A stretch of 63,414 nt of DNA, filler included, from Octopus bimaculoides (GCF_001194135.2; 7 parts of 6 records of this genome joined end to end with filler, not necessarily neighbours in it), one strand, 5' to 3'; shown: positions 24,136 through 37,639, numbered from the whole stretch's first letter. The notes: generated from the sequence alone by a model not told the origin. A program made the numbers and translations.

Positions 24136-24799
24136 TTTGTTTTTCTCTGCCACTACCGCTTGGCAATCGGTGTTGGATTGTTTTACCTCCCCGTAACACT
24201 AGCGGTTCGGCAAAAGATGTTTATTGCGTAAGTACCAGGCTTTACGAAAAATAAGTACTGAGGTGGGTTTTTCCGACCAAACCCTTTAAGGCGGCGCCCC
24301 CAGTATGGCTGCAAGTCCATTGACTGAAGCAAACAAAAAATAAATTAAGAAAGATATGATGTAGAGTCTCTGGAGATCTTCCTCAATCACATCCAGTCAT
24401 CCCAGCTAAATATTTTGAAGCAGAGTGCCATCGACCGTTTTAGAGTGGGAGATATCATTATTTACTTTTCAGTTTTTCGGTTTCACTTTTGGTGGGTAAT
24501 TGAAGATATGGCGGTGAAATCTATTCAGTGTTACCGAGAGAAGCGGGAAAGTGGCCTCCACGAATAATTACACCTGGGTTCCCTTATCAGATTGCTGTCC
24601 AATAGATGAAACAAGTCAAAGATATACTATAAAAGATATATTGCGTTAAAATGGAAAAAAAAGTTTTTTTAACAGTTTGTATTAAAACGAAAAATTGTTC
24701 GATGAACAGGACTGTCTATTGATCCCCACATTCCTTCAACGATATTGGGCATGGATAGAGCACACAAAACCAACACAGTAAGACCGTCAAGCCACTTAA

Positions 24800-24965
24800 C
24801 ACTGTGCTTGATATAGATCCTTCCGTCTACCGAATCCATTAATAAAACTTTGACTGGCCTCTGGGGCTACAGTAAAAGACACTTAACAAAGGTGTCACGC
24901 AGTGGGACTGAACACGGAACCATGGCGTTGAGAAGCAAGCTTCTTACCATACAGCCACGCCTGTA
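24800..24965 (-). mobile_element. SINE family A 5' half (a 3' half on + lies at about 24125-24340)
   Basis: Similarity to the family A head. Confidence 0.65.
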
Positions 24966-25387
24966 CACACACACACATGTATATGTGTGTGTGTGTGTAT
25001 GAATATTTATCAGTTTGCATATACATAAACATACTCGTGATCGATTACAACCACTTCCTAAAGTTTGTGTAAACGTTTCGAGAATCCAAGAAGTTCCTAT
25101 GCGCGAATTTGTTTCGAGTGGATAACGTTTTGCACAACATTGACCGCTCTTTTCAGCGCAATCAGCTATAAAACCAGTGGCACAACGGAAGTTGAGACGA
25201 CCAGAAACCAACACCATTTCATTTTTTTTTTTTAATAAACGAGCTTATCTTTTCTTAGAAAGAAGTTCTAACCAGAACTAGGTGTCCTTCAATCCCAGTG
25301 GTTCACATGCTAATTAATCTATAGCAAGGACCCTAACAGGTGTAACTATTCTGAGTCGGAGTAAAGCACATACATGCATACATGCAT

Positions 25388-25466
<79 letters not shown>

Positions 25467-25689
25467 TATATGTTGGCCCAAAGCCACCCGACAGTAAATG
25501 GAAATTCCATATATGCTATCTGTAATTCTGTATTGATTCGAATGGAAAAATGTGTCGTTTAGTTTGAACAATTTTCATGATGTTTCATTCATATTTAGAT
25601 GCTTTTACTAAATTCATGCAATTGTTAAATATACATGCAATGTATATTAAATTGTATATCAAATTCATGCAATTGTTAAATCTTGGAAT

Positions 25690-25737
25690 TAAATGCTTTT
25701 AATTTACGGTCAGGTGACTTTTGGCCAACCCTGTATA
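25690..25737 (-). mobile_element. Tc1-like terminal inverted repeat remnant
   Basis: - strand ta-cagggttggccaaaagtcacc, typical TA-flanked CAGGG terminus; partner end not found. Confidence 0.4.
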
Positions 25738-25745
25738 TATGTATG

Positions 25746-25787
<42 letters not shown>

Positions 25788-26098
25788 TACATATTCAGAT
25801 AGTAATATACCACCATCATTTCAATCATAGCCAGATTCCGTACCACTAGCATCATCGTTACCACCACCAACACCACCACCACCAACACCACCACCACCAC
25901 CACTGTTACCACGATTGCCGCCGCGGCCATCCCTACAGTTCCTGTNNNNNNNNNNNNNNNNNNNNNNNNNNNNNNNNNNNNNNNNNNNNTTAATTAATTA
26001 ANNNNNNNNNNNNNNNNNNNNNNNNNNNNNNNNNNNNNNNNNNNNATATATATATATACTTACATATATATATATATATGCATATATGTGTACTATGG

Positions 26099-26530
26099 GT
26101 ACAGGATATCACAAGCCGTAAACAACATGAAATACGAAAACAAATGAATTGAATACACAAACAAGAGAAACAAATGGAAAACAGGACAAATAACATAAAG
26201 AATAAACCTTCATCATTTGTCGGCTGTCCATCTGCTCCTCATTTCGAGCATTAAACAACAATATGGGTCTTTGAAGGCAGTTGCTCCCACAAAAGCCAAA
26301 ATAAAATTTGGGATTTATGGAGGGTCAAATTTGGTAGCAAAAACAGGACTTCGACGACTCATATTGTTGTTCATTGCTTGGAATGAGGAGTAGATGGACA
26401 GCTGACAACTGGTCAAAGATCATTCTTTTAGTTATTTGTCCTGTTTTCCATTTGTTTCTCTTGTTGTTTGCATATTGAACTCATTTCTAATCGTATTTCA
26501 TGTTGTTTATGGTTTGTGACGTCCTGTACC
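26099..26530. repeat. Inverted repeat, arms of about 180 bp (26099-26278 / 26349-26530), Penelope pseudo-LTR-like
   Basis: Arms are reverse complements (gtacaggatatcacaagcc... vs ...ggtttgtgacgtcctgtac); a third copy lies at 27870-28058. Confidence 0.75.
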
Positions 26531-26859
26531 ATATATATATATAGGAGAAGAAAATGGATATAATAACAATGGGAAACTCCAAATAGAATAACAAAGAAGG
26601 GAGAAGCAGAACTACCCTCACCTCTGCTACTTCCTTCTTTGATATCTATTTAATTACAGACATACCAGCGAAAACTACGAATTCCCCTTTGTTATTATAT
26701 CCATTTTCTTGTCCTATATGACCTAAACTCCGGTTTACCTACCGAACCACCTGTTACCGCACAACCTTACAAAAGACTGTACCTACCCAGCTAATAGCCA
26801 GGAGCGACTCTGGATTTAATTATCCCTTAGAGGTATTAAACCCCTCTAATTGATACCTA

Positions 26860-27255
26860 CACTATATGTATATGTGTATGTGTGTGGGTGTATATATATA
26901 TGTATATGTATATATATATATGTATATATATATGTATGTATGTATATATATATGTATGTATATATATATATATATATATGCATATATATAGATATGTATA
27001 TGTATATATATGCATATAGATATGTATATATATGCATATATATATATGTATATATGCATATATATATATGTATGTATATATGCATATATACATATGTATA
27101 TATATATGCATATATATATATGTATGTATATATGCATATATATATATATATATGTATGTATATATGCATATATATATATATGTATGTATATATGCATATA
27201 TGTATATATATGTATATATATGCATATGTATATATATGCATATATATATATATGC

Positions 27256-27328
<73 letters not shown>

Positions 27329-27415
27329 NNNNNNNNNNNNNNNNNNNNNNNNNNNNNNNNNNNNNNNNNNNNNNNNNNNNNNNNNNNNNNNNNNNNNNNN
27401 NNNNNNNNNNNNNNN

Positions 27416-27450
<35 letters not shown>
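26860..27450. repeat. Degenerate (TA)/(TATG)n microsatellite with gap
   Basis: Directly visible. Confidence 0.95.
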
Positions 27451-27454
<4 letters not shown>

Positions 27455-27699
27455 TATATTACTATCTGATTGAACACCATGCATCCATTTCCAAGTAAGT
27501 TTATCTTCATATTTTTGATGCAACTCTACTCTATACTGTTCTCTTCCCCTATCATTTTCTCTCTCATCCTTTCTCTAATTCCTTTTTTCTCCTCTTCACC
27601 ATTTTCTGTCTGTCTCTCTCTCTCTCTCTCTCCCTCTTTTTCCTTTACTCCTTCTTGTTGCTTACACGTGACCATCGCCCACCTTTCTTTTCCTCATTT

Positions 27700-28060
27700 A
27701 ATAATCTTTCTTTTCCTTTAGGGCTGTCGTAAAGACTGTACGTATCCTATATATCTCTCTCTTCTATCCTTTCTCTTGTCAAAAAAAATATTTCTCCAGC
27801 ACTTGCTATTCTACCTTCATCTGGTCTAACGACCCTCCTTGTTTGTTTTCATTGGATTTCCTTTTATATCTCCACTGTTTTTGTTACCAACTTTGACCCT
27901 CCATAAATCCCAAATTCTATTTTGGCTTTTGTGGGAGCAACTGCCTTCGAAGACTCATATTGTCATAAAGTGCTCGAAATGAAGAGTAGATGGACAGCTG
28001 ACAACTGATGAAGGATTGTTCTTTGTGTTACTTGTCCTGTTTTCCATTTGTTTCTCTCAT
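27700..28060 (+). mobile_element. Probable Penelope-like 3' end
   Basis: A degenerate P-S-G-L-N-like codon run (ttcatctggtctaacgac), as at GIY-YIG domain ends, followed by the same terminal segment seen at 26.1-26.5 kb. Confidence 0.4.
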
Positions 28061-28582
28061 TGGATAACAAGCACTACAGAAGTTAACATAGGAAAGTGAA
28101 TAAATGTAATTTAAGATGATGGATGACAGACAAACGTGAAATAGATAAGAAACAAGCAGAATACAACCTCAAGGCCAAAAGAACACAAATGATGTGTATT
28201 GCTAAGAGGGCAATCCTAAAAGATTAGAAAAACAACAGAAAGCAAGACGTGTACCAGTGGAACACAGAGAATTTAGGACCGGTTATCTACGCAACTGGTA
28301 TATACATGTAAATTATTAAAGTGGTCAATCGCAATTTAAAACCAAAAGGCAGAAGTATAGTCATCATTAAAGTGACTCAGGGTGCAAGTCAGCACCAGCA
28401 TTGCTAGAAATAAGTGTCAAACAACTTTTAGCCATTGGCAAAGCACTATCAGTTGACTCACACACACACACACACATATATATATGTTGATCTACATAAT
28501 TTCAGTTTGCATAGTGAGTCACAAAACTAATCCACCATAAAATCCAAGGAACAGTAGTAATTAATTTTCATTGCAATTTCAG

Positions 28583-28652
28583 GCTAAAATGATTCAAATA
28601 GCCAAAGAGTATGAAGACAAATTAGAAGATGCTATTACAACTGAAAAGCCAG
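28583..28652 (+). CDS. Exon (AKMIQIAKEYEDKLEDAITTEKP), unidentified coiled-coil protein
   Basis: Acceptor ttttcattgcaatttcag|, donor CAG|gtatgt, 70 nt open in phase 0 to 1, unique sequence with protein-like composition. Confidence 0.7.
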
Positions 28653-29227
28653 GTATGTTAAATGTTATCATATTATATTTCATTTGAGTTTAATCACATA
28701 TTTAAGTATTAACGTTTTATTTTTTAAATTTCATTCATTCAGTCATTGCACTGCAGCCATGTTAGCGTATCAACTTAAAGGGTTTTAGTTAAAAAATCAA
28801 TCCCAGAACATTTTTATTTATTATTATTGAGTGAGAGAGCAAAGCCTGCCCTCAAAGTGATACTGGGGTACAAATATTCGAAGCCAGATAGACTCATCAT
28901 GACTTCCTATCTGATAAGGATAAACCAGACACATGCACAACATTGTGACCCCATATCAAGATAAACAGCGCATGACCTTGCAGGTGGGGCCCAGTTAGAA
29001 CTTTCTTCAGGTTGAGTAGCCCATCCCACTCAAAAAGTCCCTGCAGAAGGGTTGTTTAAGGATGTTGAAAATACAACTACTCTGAATGTCAGGTTGTCAC
29101 CAACTATAATTGTTTACTGTTGTAGGTATATATGTCATCAGTTATAAACATTAGGTTTGGCTGCGTTTTGACAGGTTACAGGTTATGGTCAGTCATATAG
29201 ATTTGAGTATAATTATATATACATATA

Positions 29228-29372
29228 ATCATCATCATCATCATCATCGTTTAATGTCCGCTTTCCATGCTAGCATGAGTTGGACGATTTGACTGAGGAC
29301 TGGTGCAACCGGATGGCTACACCAGGTTCCAATCTAATTTGGCAGAGTTTCTACAGCTGGATGCCCTTCCTA
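29228..29372 (+). mobile_element. Repeat family F ((CAT)n-led, RTE-tail-like); other copies at about 39900-40525, 45700-46010, 47150-47345
   Basis: catcatcgtttaatgtccgctttccatgctagcatg...ctacagctggatgcccttcc recurs in both orientations. Confidence 0.7.
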
Positions 29373-29574
29373 TACATATAGTTAAAAGTCGTATGTCTTA
29401 ATGACCTATTTGCGAGAAGGAGTTTTGAGGTGTATGCAGAATGCATATATGTAATATACACTCTTAGCCACATTCAGAATGTATGTTGAAGAAAACAGAC
29501 ATTTCACTAGCACAGTTATATGACAGCTTAAATAAGATAAGAAAGTGTGTTCGATAGCAAGATGAAAATATCTT

Positions 29575-29770
29575 ACTCTTTTACTCTTTTATTGTTTCAG
29601 TCATTTGACTGTGGCCATGCTGGAACACCGCCTTTAGTCGAGCAAATCGACCCCAGGACTTATTCTTTGTAAGCCTAGTACTTATTCTATCGGTCTCTTT
29701 TGCCGAAGTGCTAGGTTACGGTGATGTAAACACATCAGCATCGGTTGTCAAGCGATATTGGGGGGACAGA

Positions 29771-29812
<42 letters not shown>

Positions 29813-29996
29813 CACATATATATATACATATATACGATAGGCTTTCAGTTTCCGTCTACCAAATCCACTCACAAGGCTTTGGTTGGCCTGAGTCTATAGT
29901 AGAAGACACTTGCCCATGGTGCCACGCAGTTGGACTGAACCCGGAACCATGTGGTTGGTAATCAAGCTACTTACCACACAGCCACTCCTATGCCTG
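29575..29996 (-). mobile_element. SINE family A, full length
   Basis: Similarity to the other copies. Confidence 0.85.
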
Positions 29997-31559
29997 TGGA
30001 AGTAAATTTAAGAAGTCATGTTTATTCTGAAAATGTTATTTAGTTTCATCATACTGGGTTGACTGTATTTTCTCATGTTGACAAAGCTTGAGTATATCTC
30101 CATAGGGGTGCATGCATATTAACCTTATTAACATACGATGAGAGTTTGTACACATTATACAAAAGGGAAGAATGGACTGAGTTTAACACCAGTTGTTTAT
30201 TTACAGAAAGTAGTAAAACTATAAACAGTGAATTCATCACAACATAATCATGATGGAAAAATTGTAGTACATATTATATATTATATATGAAGTAAACATT
30301 TTATAAAAAGTATCTGTCACGAGAATGACAACAGGATAAATTTATTTAGTTAGTTCTTGAAAGTTCTTGAGAATAGCATGACATAAGGTCATGAAGAAGT
30401 AACAATGCAAAATAGCAATTCCAAATTGAGTGACAAGGGCCTGTGTGGCAACCAAGTGTCACTAAATAATTTCCCAAACATCCGGGTTTAAATAGCTGTT
30501 ATATACCCAATTCTAGTTGCCTTTCTCCGTTAAAAAGAACATCTTCGTGGAGACTAGAATCGGTGTATGAACAGTAAAATTAACCAATAAAAAAAAGTGT
30601 AAGACATTTATAAACAAAAGACAGCTGACACAACTATTATGTCATGCTGCTGCTGCTAAAGTCTATAACCGCTACAAACAAAACACCCATTTCCAGAAGT
30701 GAATTATTCAAACCCCCAAGAATTCCTCCCCGACTATTTCTGCTCATGGTCAGAGATGCACATATCGTCAGCCAACAAGAGACATGCTCAACTGGATAAG
30801 GTCAAGCAACTGACATATATTATCTGGGCTTCTACACAGTTTCTGTCTACCAAATTCACTTGCAAAGGACTAGTTGAAGCTATAGTAAAGGACATTTGCC
30901 CAAGTTGCCATGCTGTGGTCCTGAACTCAAATCTACAAGATTTATTATTTCAGAGTGATATAATTTGTTATCCATTTGTTGCTGTCTTTTAACCCTAGGT
31001 ATATCTGGATTGGATAAACTTAAAATCAAGTGTATTTCGGCTGTGACTCTCCTGTTTTTTTTATTGAACCAATATGACTCCAATTCTCCAATATGTCTAT
31101 TCTTTTATGAGCTGCCATGGTGTGATTTATGGAAGATCCTACATTGCCTCAATGAGTTTGTCTTTCTATCAAATTTTACAAAGAAATGTTAAGTTGTTGT
31201 TGTGGCATCAGCCCCAGATCATCTTTGTGACTCAGATAATCAGCCAAGTTATGAGGTGCAATCCACAGGTCCGTCTTCTGGGTTCAGGAGTTCTGGGGTT
31301 TCAAGGAGTGTGGAACCACCTCTTAGTCACTATTGTTTCCTAATTTACTCTGACCTTGAGTAGTAGCACCTTTCAGGTTCCCAGCTATGAGTTAAGTAGT
31401 GTGTAAATAGAGGTCAGCTGTAAATATAGGAATAAACAGCCCCAGAACAAGTCACAGGTGACCCTTTGGCAAGACTTAACACCTGGTAACAACCAGACAA
31501 GTGTCCCATTGGAAACCATGGGATACAATATGATGGATGTGAACTATTTTGGCTGATAA

Positions 31560-31900
31560 ACTTATTCAGTCATTGGTGAATATCATAAGATGGTAAGCAG
31601 ATGAACAGTCAACAAACTGTCAGTGGCCAGGATCAGCCAGTTTAATTAGTGGTTACTGTTACTATCTGTAGTCACAGAATGCGCAGATGAGATATTCAGC
31701 TATTGAAAGACCAGTATGACTTATTTGTCTGGGAAAGTCACCCGATCAGATGATGAAGATGGGCCATACTCTCCACACTGCGCACTCTGAAATGATGTGA
31801 ATAATAGTAAGGTGTTCAGTCTGTACATATGGCATACTGCCTTCATATCTAATCTGTTTCCTTACATTCTAATGGTGAACACAGGAGTTGTGGGTGAAGC
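31560..31900 (-). mobile_element. Possible relic of a restriction-like-endonuclease (R4/NeSL-type) LINE C-terminus
   Basis: - strand frameshifted CHMY...IHIISECAV resembling the C-x-x-C...HI(I)SxC zinc knuckle; highly decayed. Confidence 0.3.
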
Positions 31901-32456
31901 AGACCCATTTTGAGTGAAAGAGCTGCTGATCTTCTGTAGCTTTTGCTAGTAATATGTATTTCAGCACAATGTATAAGAGTTAATCAGATTTTCTTCAGAA
32001 GCTGCACACTCATCTTTATCTCTCTAATAATACGAAATATAGTTTTTAGCTGTATTTGTAATCACTATAAATAAGTCTTCTGTAAATTAGCAATTCTGAT
32101 TTACATAAATAGTTTTTGACTAGCAGTTAGACACTATTTATACAAATCAGAGTTGCTGATTTATCGAAGACCATATCTGTTGTAACTATATATATAAGTG
32201 TTAGCTGTATTTCTCTGTGGACAAGACTAATTTGAAAGTATACTGTCCAGTACAATATTTCCATTATCTAAAATATGCTACTTAGTGCATTAATAATTAA
32301 TGAACATCATTATTGTTATCACCACCACCAACATCATAATGATAATAATGCCAATAATAATGATACAAATAATGGATTCAAAATTTTGCACAAGGGCAGC
32401 AGTTGTGAGTAAGAGGTATAAGTTTATACTACTAACCCTAGTATTGACTGCTACTT

Positions 32457-33318
32457 TACAAGGTGGTATCAAAAGATTCCTGGACTAGTGATGTTTAATA
32501 AAAAAATAACTTATTTACCTATGTTCTAACATCATCTTCAAAATAGTCACCTTATGCAGCAATACACCTACCACTTTTGGAGTCTAGCCTGGGAGTCATT
32601 TTCCATGAGTTGAGGAGCTTCTGCAATTTGCTCTGGATCTTGACAATGATGTTAAAATGATGACCTTTGAGCTGCATTTCATCTTGTAGAAGAGATGGAA
32701 GTCTGCAAGGTGCTAAATCTGGTGAATAAGCCAATCCAGAAGCAATACCATGTTTTTGGCGAGAAACTCATGAGTGAGGAGAGTTTGGTGAAGAATCCAG
32801 TTCTTCATGCTCCACTGATCCGATCGCTTTCACCAAATGTCCGCCATCAAATGCTTCAAAACATCAAAGTAGAACTCTCAATTGGTGGTGTGGCCCTGGG
32901 AGACTAATTCTCCATGCACAATACCACATTTTCAAGGATGATGCTCATGGCAGGTCCTCCAGATCACTCATCATCTTCCAGGGATATTTTTCTGCTTTTG
33001 CAGCACCTGCGTCACTTGAATCATTGTGTACGACCCATTGCCTCATTGCCGTAAGCTTACCGAAGCATGCTCAATGTCTCTGTAGCAGACTTGCCAAGTT
33101 TAACTCAAAATTTCACATTGGCTCTTTGTTCTAACTTCCTGTCCATGACAAAATCGCAGACCACAGCATACACATGATCGCAAATTTCACAACTTACGAA
33201 GTAAAAACAGTGATGTCATTCAGCATACTGCCTCATGAAGGTGACTGCTAGCACTGTCTGTGCATGCAATTGTGTGTTGCCATCTGTTGGTGTGCTACAG
33301 AACCATTCCACTTTGTAT
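32457..33318 (-). mobile_element. Mariner deletion derivative
   Basis: - strand AYSPDLAP...LKGHHFN (mariner YSPDLAPxD motif); TIR-like tacaaggtggtatcaaaagattcctggactagt at the left end. Confidence 0.65.
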
Positions 33319-33319
33319 T

Positions 33320-34315
33320 TTATCAATCCTGAAAGCATGAAAGGCAAAGTCAACCTCAGTAGAATTTGAACTCAAAAGTACCATTTACCATTTTGTCTGA
33401 TATGCTAATAATTCTGCCAGCTCACTACCTTAACTCTTTAGCATTAAAATTTTTCTGTCAGATGTAATGCTTATTTATTTACACTACTTGGAATTCATCA
33501 TGCATTATCTTGTATTTTTGAGATTTCAATTGAAGAGTAGGTGTAAGAGGTTGGATCTGGCTAGTTTTAACATAAAAATAGGCTGAATATTTTGGCCTGA
33601 TATGGCTGGTTTAAATGCTAAAGGGTTAATTAATAATAATTTTTTACTGATTTTGGTACAAAGTCAGTAATTTTAAGGAGAAAGGGGAAGTCAGTTACAT
33701 CAACACCAGTTCTTCACTGGTACTTATTTTAACAAACTTAAAAGGATAATAAGCAAACTTAGCCTCAGGGAAATTTGTACTCAGACCATAAAGAATTGAA
33801 AGAAACGCCACTAAGCATTTTGTCTAACACACTAACAATTCTGTCTGCTCACCATCATAATAATGGTTTGAAATGGTTTCAAATTTTGGCTCATAGCCAG
33901 CAGTTTGTGGGAGGATTCTAGTCAATTACATTGACCCTAGGGTTCAACTAGTACTTATTTAATCAACCCTAAAAGGATGAAAGGCAAAATCGACCATGAC
34001 AGAATTTGAACTCAGAACATAAAGACAAACAAAATGATGCCAAAATTTTTGTCTGGTGTGCTAACCATCTTTCGCAGCTTAATAACAGTAATAATAATAA
34101 GGGTTTTAAATTTTGGCACAAGGCTAACAATTATAAGGAAGCAGACAAGTGAATTACATTGAACCCAGTGTTCAACTCATGCCTATTTTATCAATAATGA
34201 TCAAAGGCAAAATCAATCTTGCTGAAATTTGAACTCAAAAGTGAAACTAGAAAAAATGCTGCTGAGCATTTTGTGTTGCATGGTAGCAATTGTGCCACCT
34301 CACTGCCTTAACAGC
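33320..34315 (-). mobile_element. Array of about 4 CpG-eroded SINE family C units
   Basis: Repeated ggatgaaaggcaaagtcaacc...gaatttgaactc with CpG to TpG/CpA changes. Confidence 0.8.
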
Positions 34316-34600
34316 AACAATAAATAAAGTAACTATTTCCCAATGTAGAGGTATGTGACTTAGTGGTTAAGGTGTTGGATTGATGATCATAAGATTACGG
34401 TTTTGATTCTTGTACTGGGCATTGTGTTCTTGAGCAAAACACTTTATTTCACATTGCTCCAGTCTGCTCAGCTGGCAAAAATGAGTAATGCAGTAATGGA
34501 TCAGCATCTTATCTTGTGGATAATATATATGCCATGGAAACTAGGAAACCAGCCCTATGAATCTAGATGACACAGGAAGGATCTTTATCCTTTTTTTCAG

Positions 34601-34629
34601 ATTTCCCAATGCTATCAAAGTTTCAACAG
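34601..34629 (+). CDS. Candidate micro-exon (DFPMLSKFQQ)
   Basis: Acceptor ctttatcctttttttcag|, donor CAG|gtctgc; phase 1 to 0, continues the frame of 28583-28652. Confidence 0.4.
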
Positions 34630-34894
34630 GTCTGCACTACAATATATTTCTACTTTCTATTCTGCTCAGTACTTTATTATCATAATTAAAGTGACTAATT
34701 GACTAACTTGTTAGAGTTCTGAATAAAATGCCTTGCGATATTTCCTCCAACTCTCTTCACCCCTTTATCTTTTTGGGAGTTCAGTAATATGGTGTAACAG
34801 CCATCCATATCCTTAAACTGATGGAATTCTTAGAGCATCAGACAAGACGTTTTGTGGTGGTATTTATTCCACTTGTTTAAGTTCTAAGTTCTTG

Positions 34895-35240
34895 GGTGGT
34901 TGAGTTAATCCACTGCTCAGACTGATACCACCACCTGATCCTTGGGTATTAAACTTAATACACTGCCCAGATTAACACTCACACCTGGTTATTGGATGAT
35001 AGATTTAATGTACTGCCTGGATTAACACCATCACCTAGTCGTTGTGTGTTAAACTTGATCCACTGCCCAGATTAACAGCACCATCTTGTCAGTGTTTGTT
35101 AAACTTAATCCACTTTTCAGATTAAGACCACCACCTGGTCCTTAGTGGAAAGAGCTAATCTATTGCCAAGATTAACACTATCATGGTCTATGGGTGGTGG
35201 GGGTTAATTCACCATCCAGTTTAATAACATCACCTACTTC
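34895..35240. repeat. Decayed minisatellite, unit about 47-48 bp, about 7 copies
   Basis: Recurrent ttaatccactgcccagattaacaccaccacctggtc. Confidence 0.75.
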
Positions 35241-35809
35241 TTAGGTTCTTTTCACAAAGTCCACTTTGTCACAGACTTTCAAGCTGGGTCTCAGATTTGA
35301 AGATTACATCTTCTCCTCCTGCTACCAACAATTTCAGGGGCCATGACAAACAACAAAAGCAAAAAATATTGTAGGTGATGTCCTCTACTCTCTGATTAAA
35401 TACTTAAAAAAGTGTCACACAATATCTTGTAATCTAACTTAATAAGTTCTTAAAAGGCAAAATGGATGATGAAATTGGTGGAGACAGTAGAGATGATTTG
35501 GGCTTGATGTTGTATGTTTTATGGCATTTAATTTATAACACCACTGCACTGAGTTTCAAATTTCACTAGCTTACTGCATGGCCTCTCTGAATGGGGAACA
35601 ATAGCAATCTACCAAGTGTTTGTCTTAGACCTGAGTAAAAAGGAAAAGAAAAAGAAATGACAGAGATTCTACATAGTCATTTGGACTATTAAAAATAGCA
35701 GCCAAAATGTCCCTCTAATCATACCCTGATATCTAAAAAGAGAAAACCTTCTGAGATGTAGGAAAAAATAAAGGCATGTTGGTCATGCTAGAATTGCCTT
35801 TTGAGGCAA

Positions 35810-36035
35810 GCTGGCAGAAACGTTAGCACACCGGGCAAAATGCTTAGTGGTATTTCATCTGCTGCTACGTTCTGGGTTCAAATTCCGTCGAGGTCAACTT
35901 TGCCTTTCATCCTTTCGGGGTCGATTAAATAAGTACCAGTTGTGCACTGGGGTTGATATAATCGACTTAATCCATTTGTCTGTCCTTGTTTGTCCCCTCT
36001 CTGTGTAGCCCCTTGTGGGCAGTAAAGAAATTAGA
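35810..36035 (+). mobile_element. SINE family C
   Basis: Similarity to the other copies. Confidence 0.8.
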
Positions 36036-36482
36036 AATTAGAATTGTCTTTTGATTATAGTCTGCTTCAGTATCATTATTCCTGAAGTAAATAATAATAA
36101 GAAACCACCAACAAAGATACTTCAGGAGCAATCAAGTTTTATGAGACAAGGCAGTCTTCTCATAAGGTGAGAGAGCTGAAACAAAGTTTCTCAGCTTTCT
36201 AGAAATAGCAGGCAAATCATCCTCAAAAAAATAAAAGTTATCCTATCATCTTAAAACAACTACAAAGGCACATTAGACATTGTAGTATGATGTGCCTTTC
36301 ATCTGTGGAGTCACACACATTTATGCAAAGGTGAGATGGCCATGGCTGAAATACCATTGATCATAGGGCTGCTTGATTGTGGTTCACTTGGAGGTAAACA
36401 ATAATAACAATTAATTTTTAAAAATTAACCCTTGTTTCTGTTTTTATTAATTTATTTTTCTAAATTTTAAATTCTGGACAAG

Positions 36483-36557
36483 TTTACTGGGTGACAGATA
36501 TTACTAAAGTAAAAGAAGAAGAATATGAAGTACTACAATCGCAGTTCACCTATTGTG
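36483..36557 (+). CDS. Candidate exon (VYWVTDITKVKEEEYEVLQSQFTYC)
   Basis: Open, protein-like, phase 1 to 1, so it bridges 28652 to 49710; acceptor moderate, donor G|gtttat weak. Confidence 0.3.
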
Positions 36558-36589
36558 GTTTATTATTTAAGCTTACGTCGATTCCTCTG

Positions 36590-37002
36590 AGGTGTGTCTG
36601 TGTGGTAAGTAGCTTACTTACCAACCACATGGTTCCAGATTGAGTCCCACTGCGTGGCACCTTGGGCAAGTGTCTTCTACTATAGCCTCGGGCCGACCAA
36701 AGCCTTGTGAGTGGATTTGGTAGACAGAAACTGAAAGAAGCCCGTCGTATATATGTACATATATATATGTATGTGTGTTTGTGTGTCTGTATTTATTCCC
36801 CCACCATCGCTTGACAACCAATGGTGGTGTGTTTACGTCCCCGTAACTTAGTGGTTCAGCAAAAGAGACCGATAGAATAAGTACTAGGCTTCCAAAGAAT
36901 AAGTCCTGGGGTCGATTTGCTCGACTAAAGGCGGTGCTCCAGCATGGCCGCAGTCGGATGACTGAAACAAGTGAAAGTAAAAGAGTAAAGAGTAATAAAA
37001 AA
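36590..37002 (+). mobile_element. SINE family A, young (CpGs retained)
   Basis: Similarity to the other copies. Confidence 0.85.
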
Positions 37003-37009
37003 ACATGCA

Positions 37010-37097
37010 GTGCAGTACTGTTTCTACTTCGCAAATTTTCACGTATTGCGGGGGGTTTGGGAATGTAGCACCCACGATAGTAGGAGGATTGCTGTAC
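37010..37097 (-). mobile_element. Tigger/pogo-like MITE end
   Basis: - strand ta-cagcaatcctcctactatcgtgg...aaaatttgcgaagtag, a TA-CAG terminus typical of pogo-type elements. Confidence 0.45.
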
Positions 37098-37639
37098 TGT
37101 ATTTTGCCAAAGACGTTAGTTCTCTAATTCTGCTGTACCAGATATTAACAGACTTAGTTATGTTAAATTTGTAAATAGTGTGTTAAACGCTATAACTCAA
37201 CTAGAATTCAAAATTTTATCACTTTGGCTGAGAGCTCAACACCACCATCTCTTTAGCACAGATATTGCTTAAAAGAACCTGTATTATAAGTGGGTGTGTC
37301 AAAGTGAAACCACTTCATAAATTGTATTACAGAGCAGAATAGTTGAGATTATTGGAAGAGAGCTTCACTGTTGTGAATTCCAGATTAAATGCATTTCATC
37401 TTATTTTATTATAAGCATGATTGATTGTTAATTTCTCTTTGTTGTTACCACCTCTTGATGTCTGATTAGGTGATTGATGTGTTAGAAAATAAATTGGCTT
37501 TGTTGTTGGTGCAGCTCATATGAAACTGTATCCATAGTTTTAGTGTAGAAGCATTGAGGTCTGTAATAAGATCAAGGATTGAATAACTATAACAAAAAAA
37601 CTTAGTAATCCTATGTCCAGAAGCTTTTCTTTACATCAT

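Noticed and set aside
26846-27523. YI/HI/CV-repeat ORFs over 200 aa
   Set aside because: (TA)/(TATG)n microsatellite.
27930-27990. tcgaaga...gctcgaaa as a variant hammerhead core in the Penelope-like terminus
   Set aside because: No stem II closing pair and no valid cleavage triplet in any of the three copies.
34895-35240. Minisatellite as a 16-aa coding repeat (GGVNLGSGLSLTPKDQ) on -
   Set aside because: Unit indels break the frame between copies.
37470-37523. VIDVLENKLALLLVQLI-stop as an exon
   Set aside because: Poor polypyrimidine tract; the stop would end the gene before the much stronger 49710 exon.
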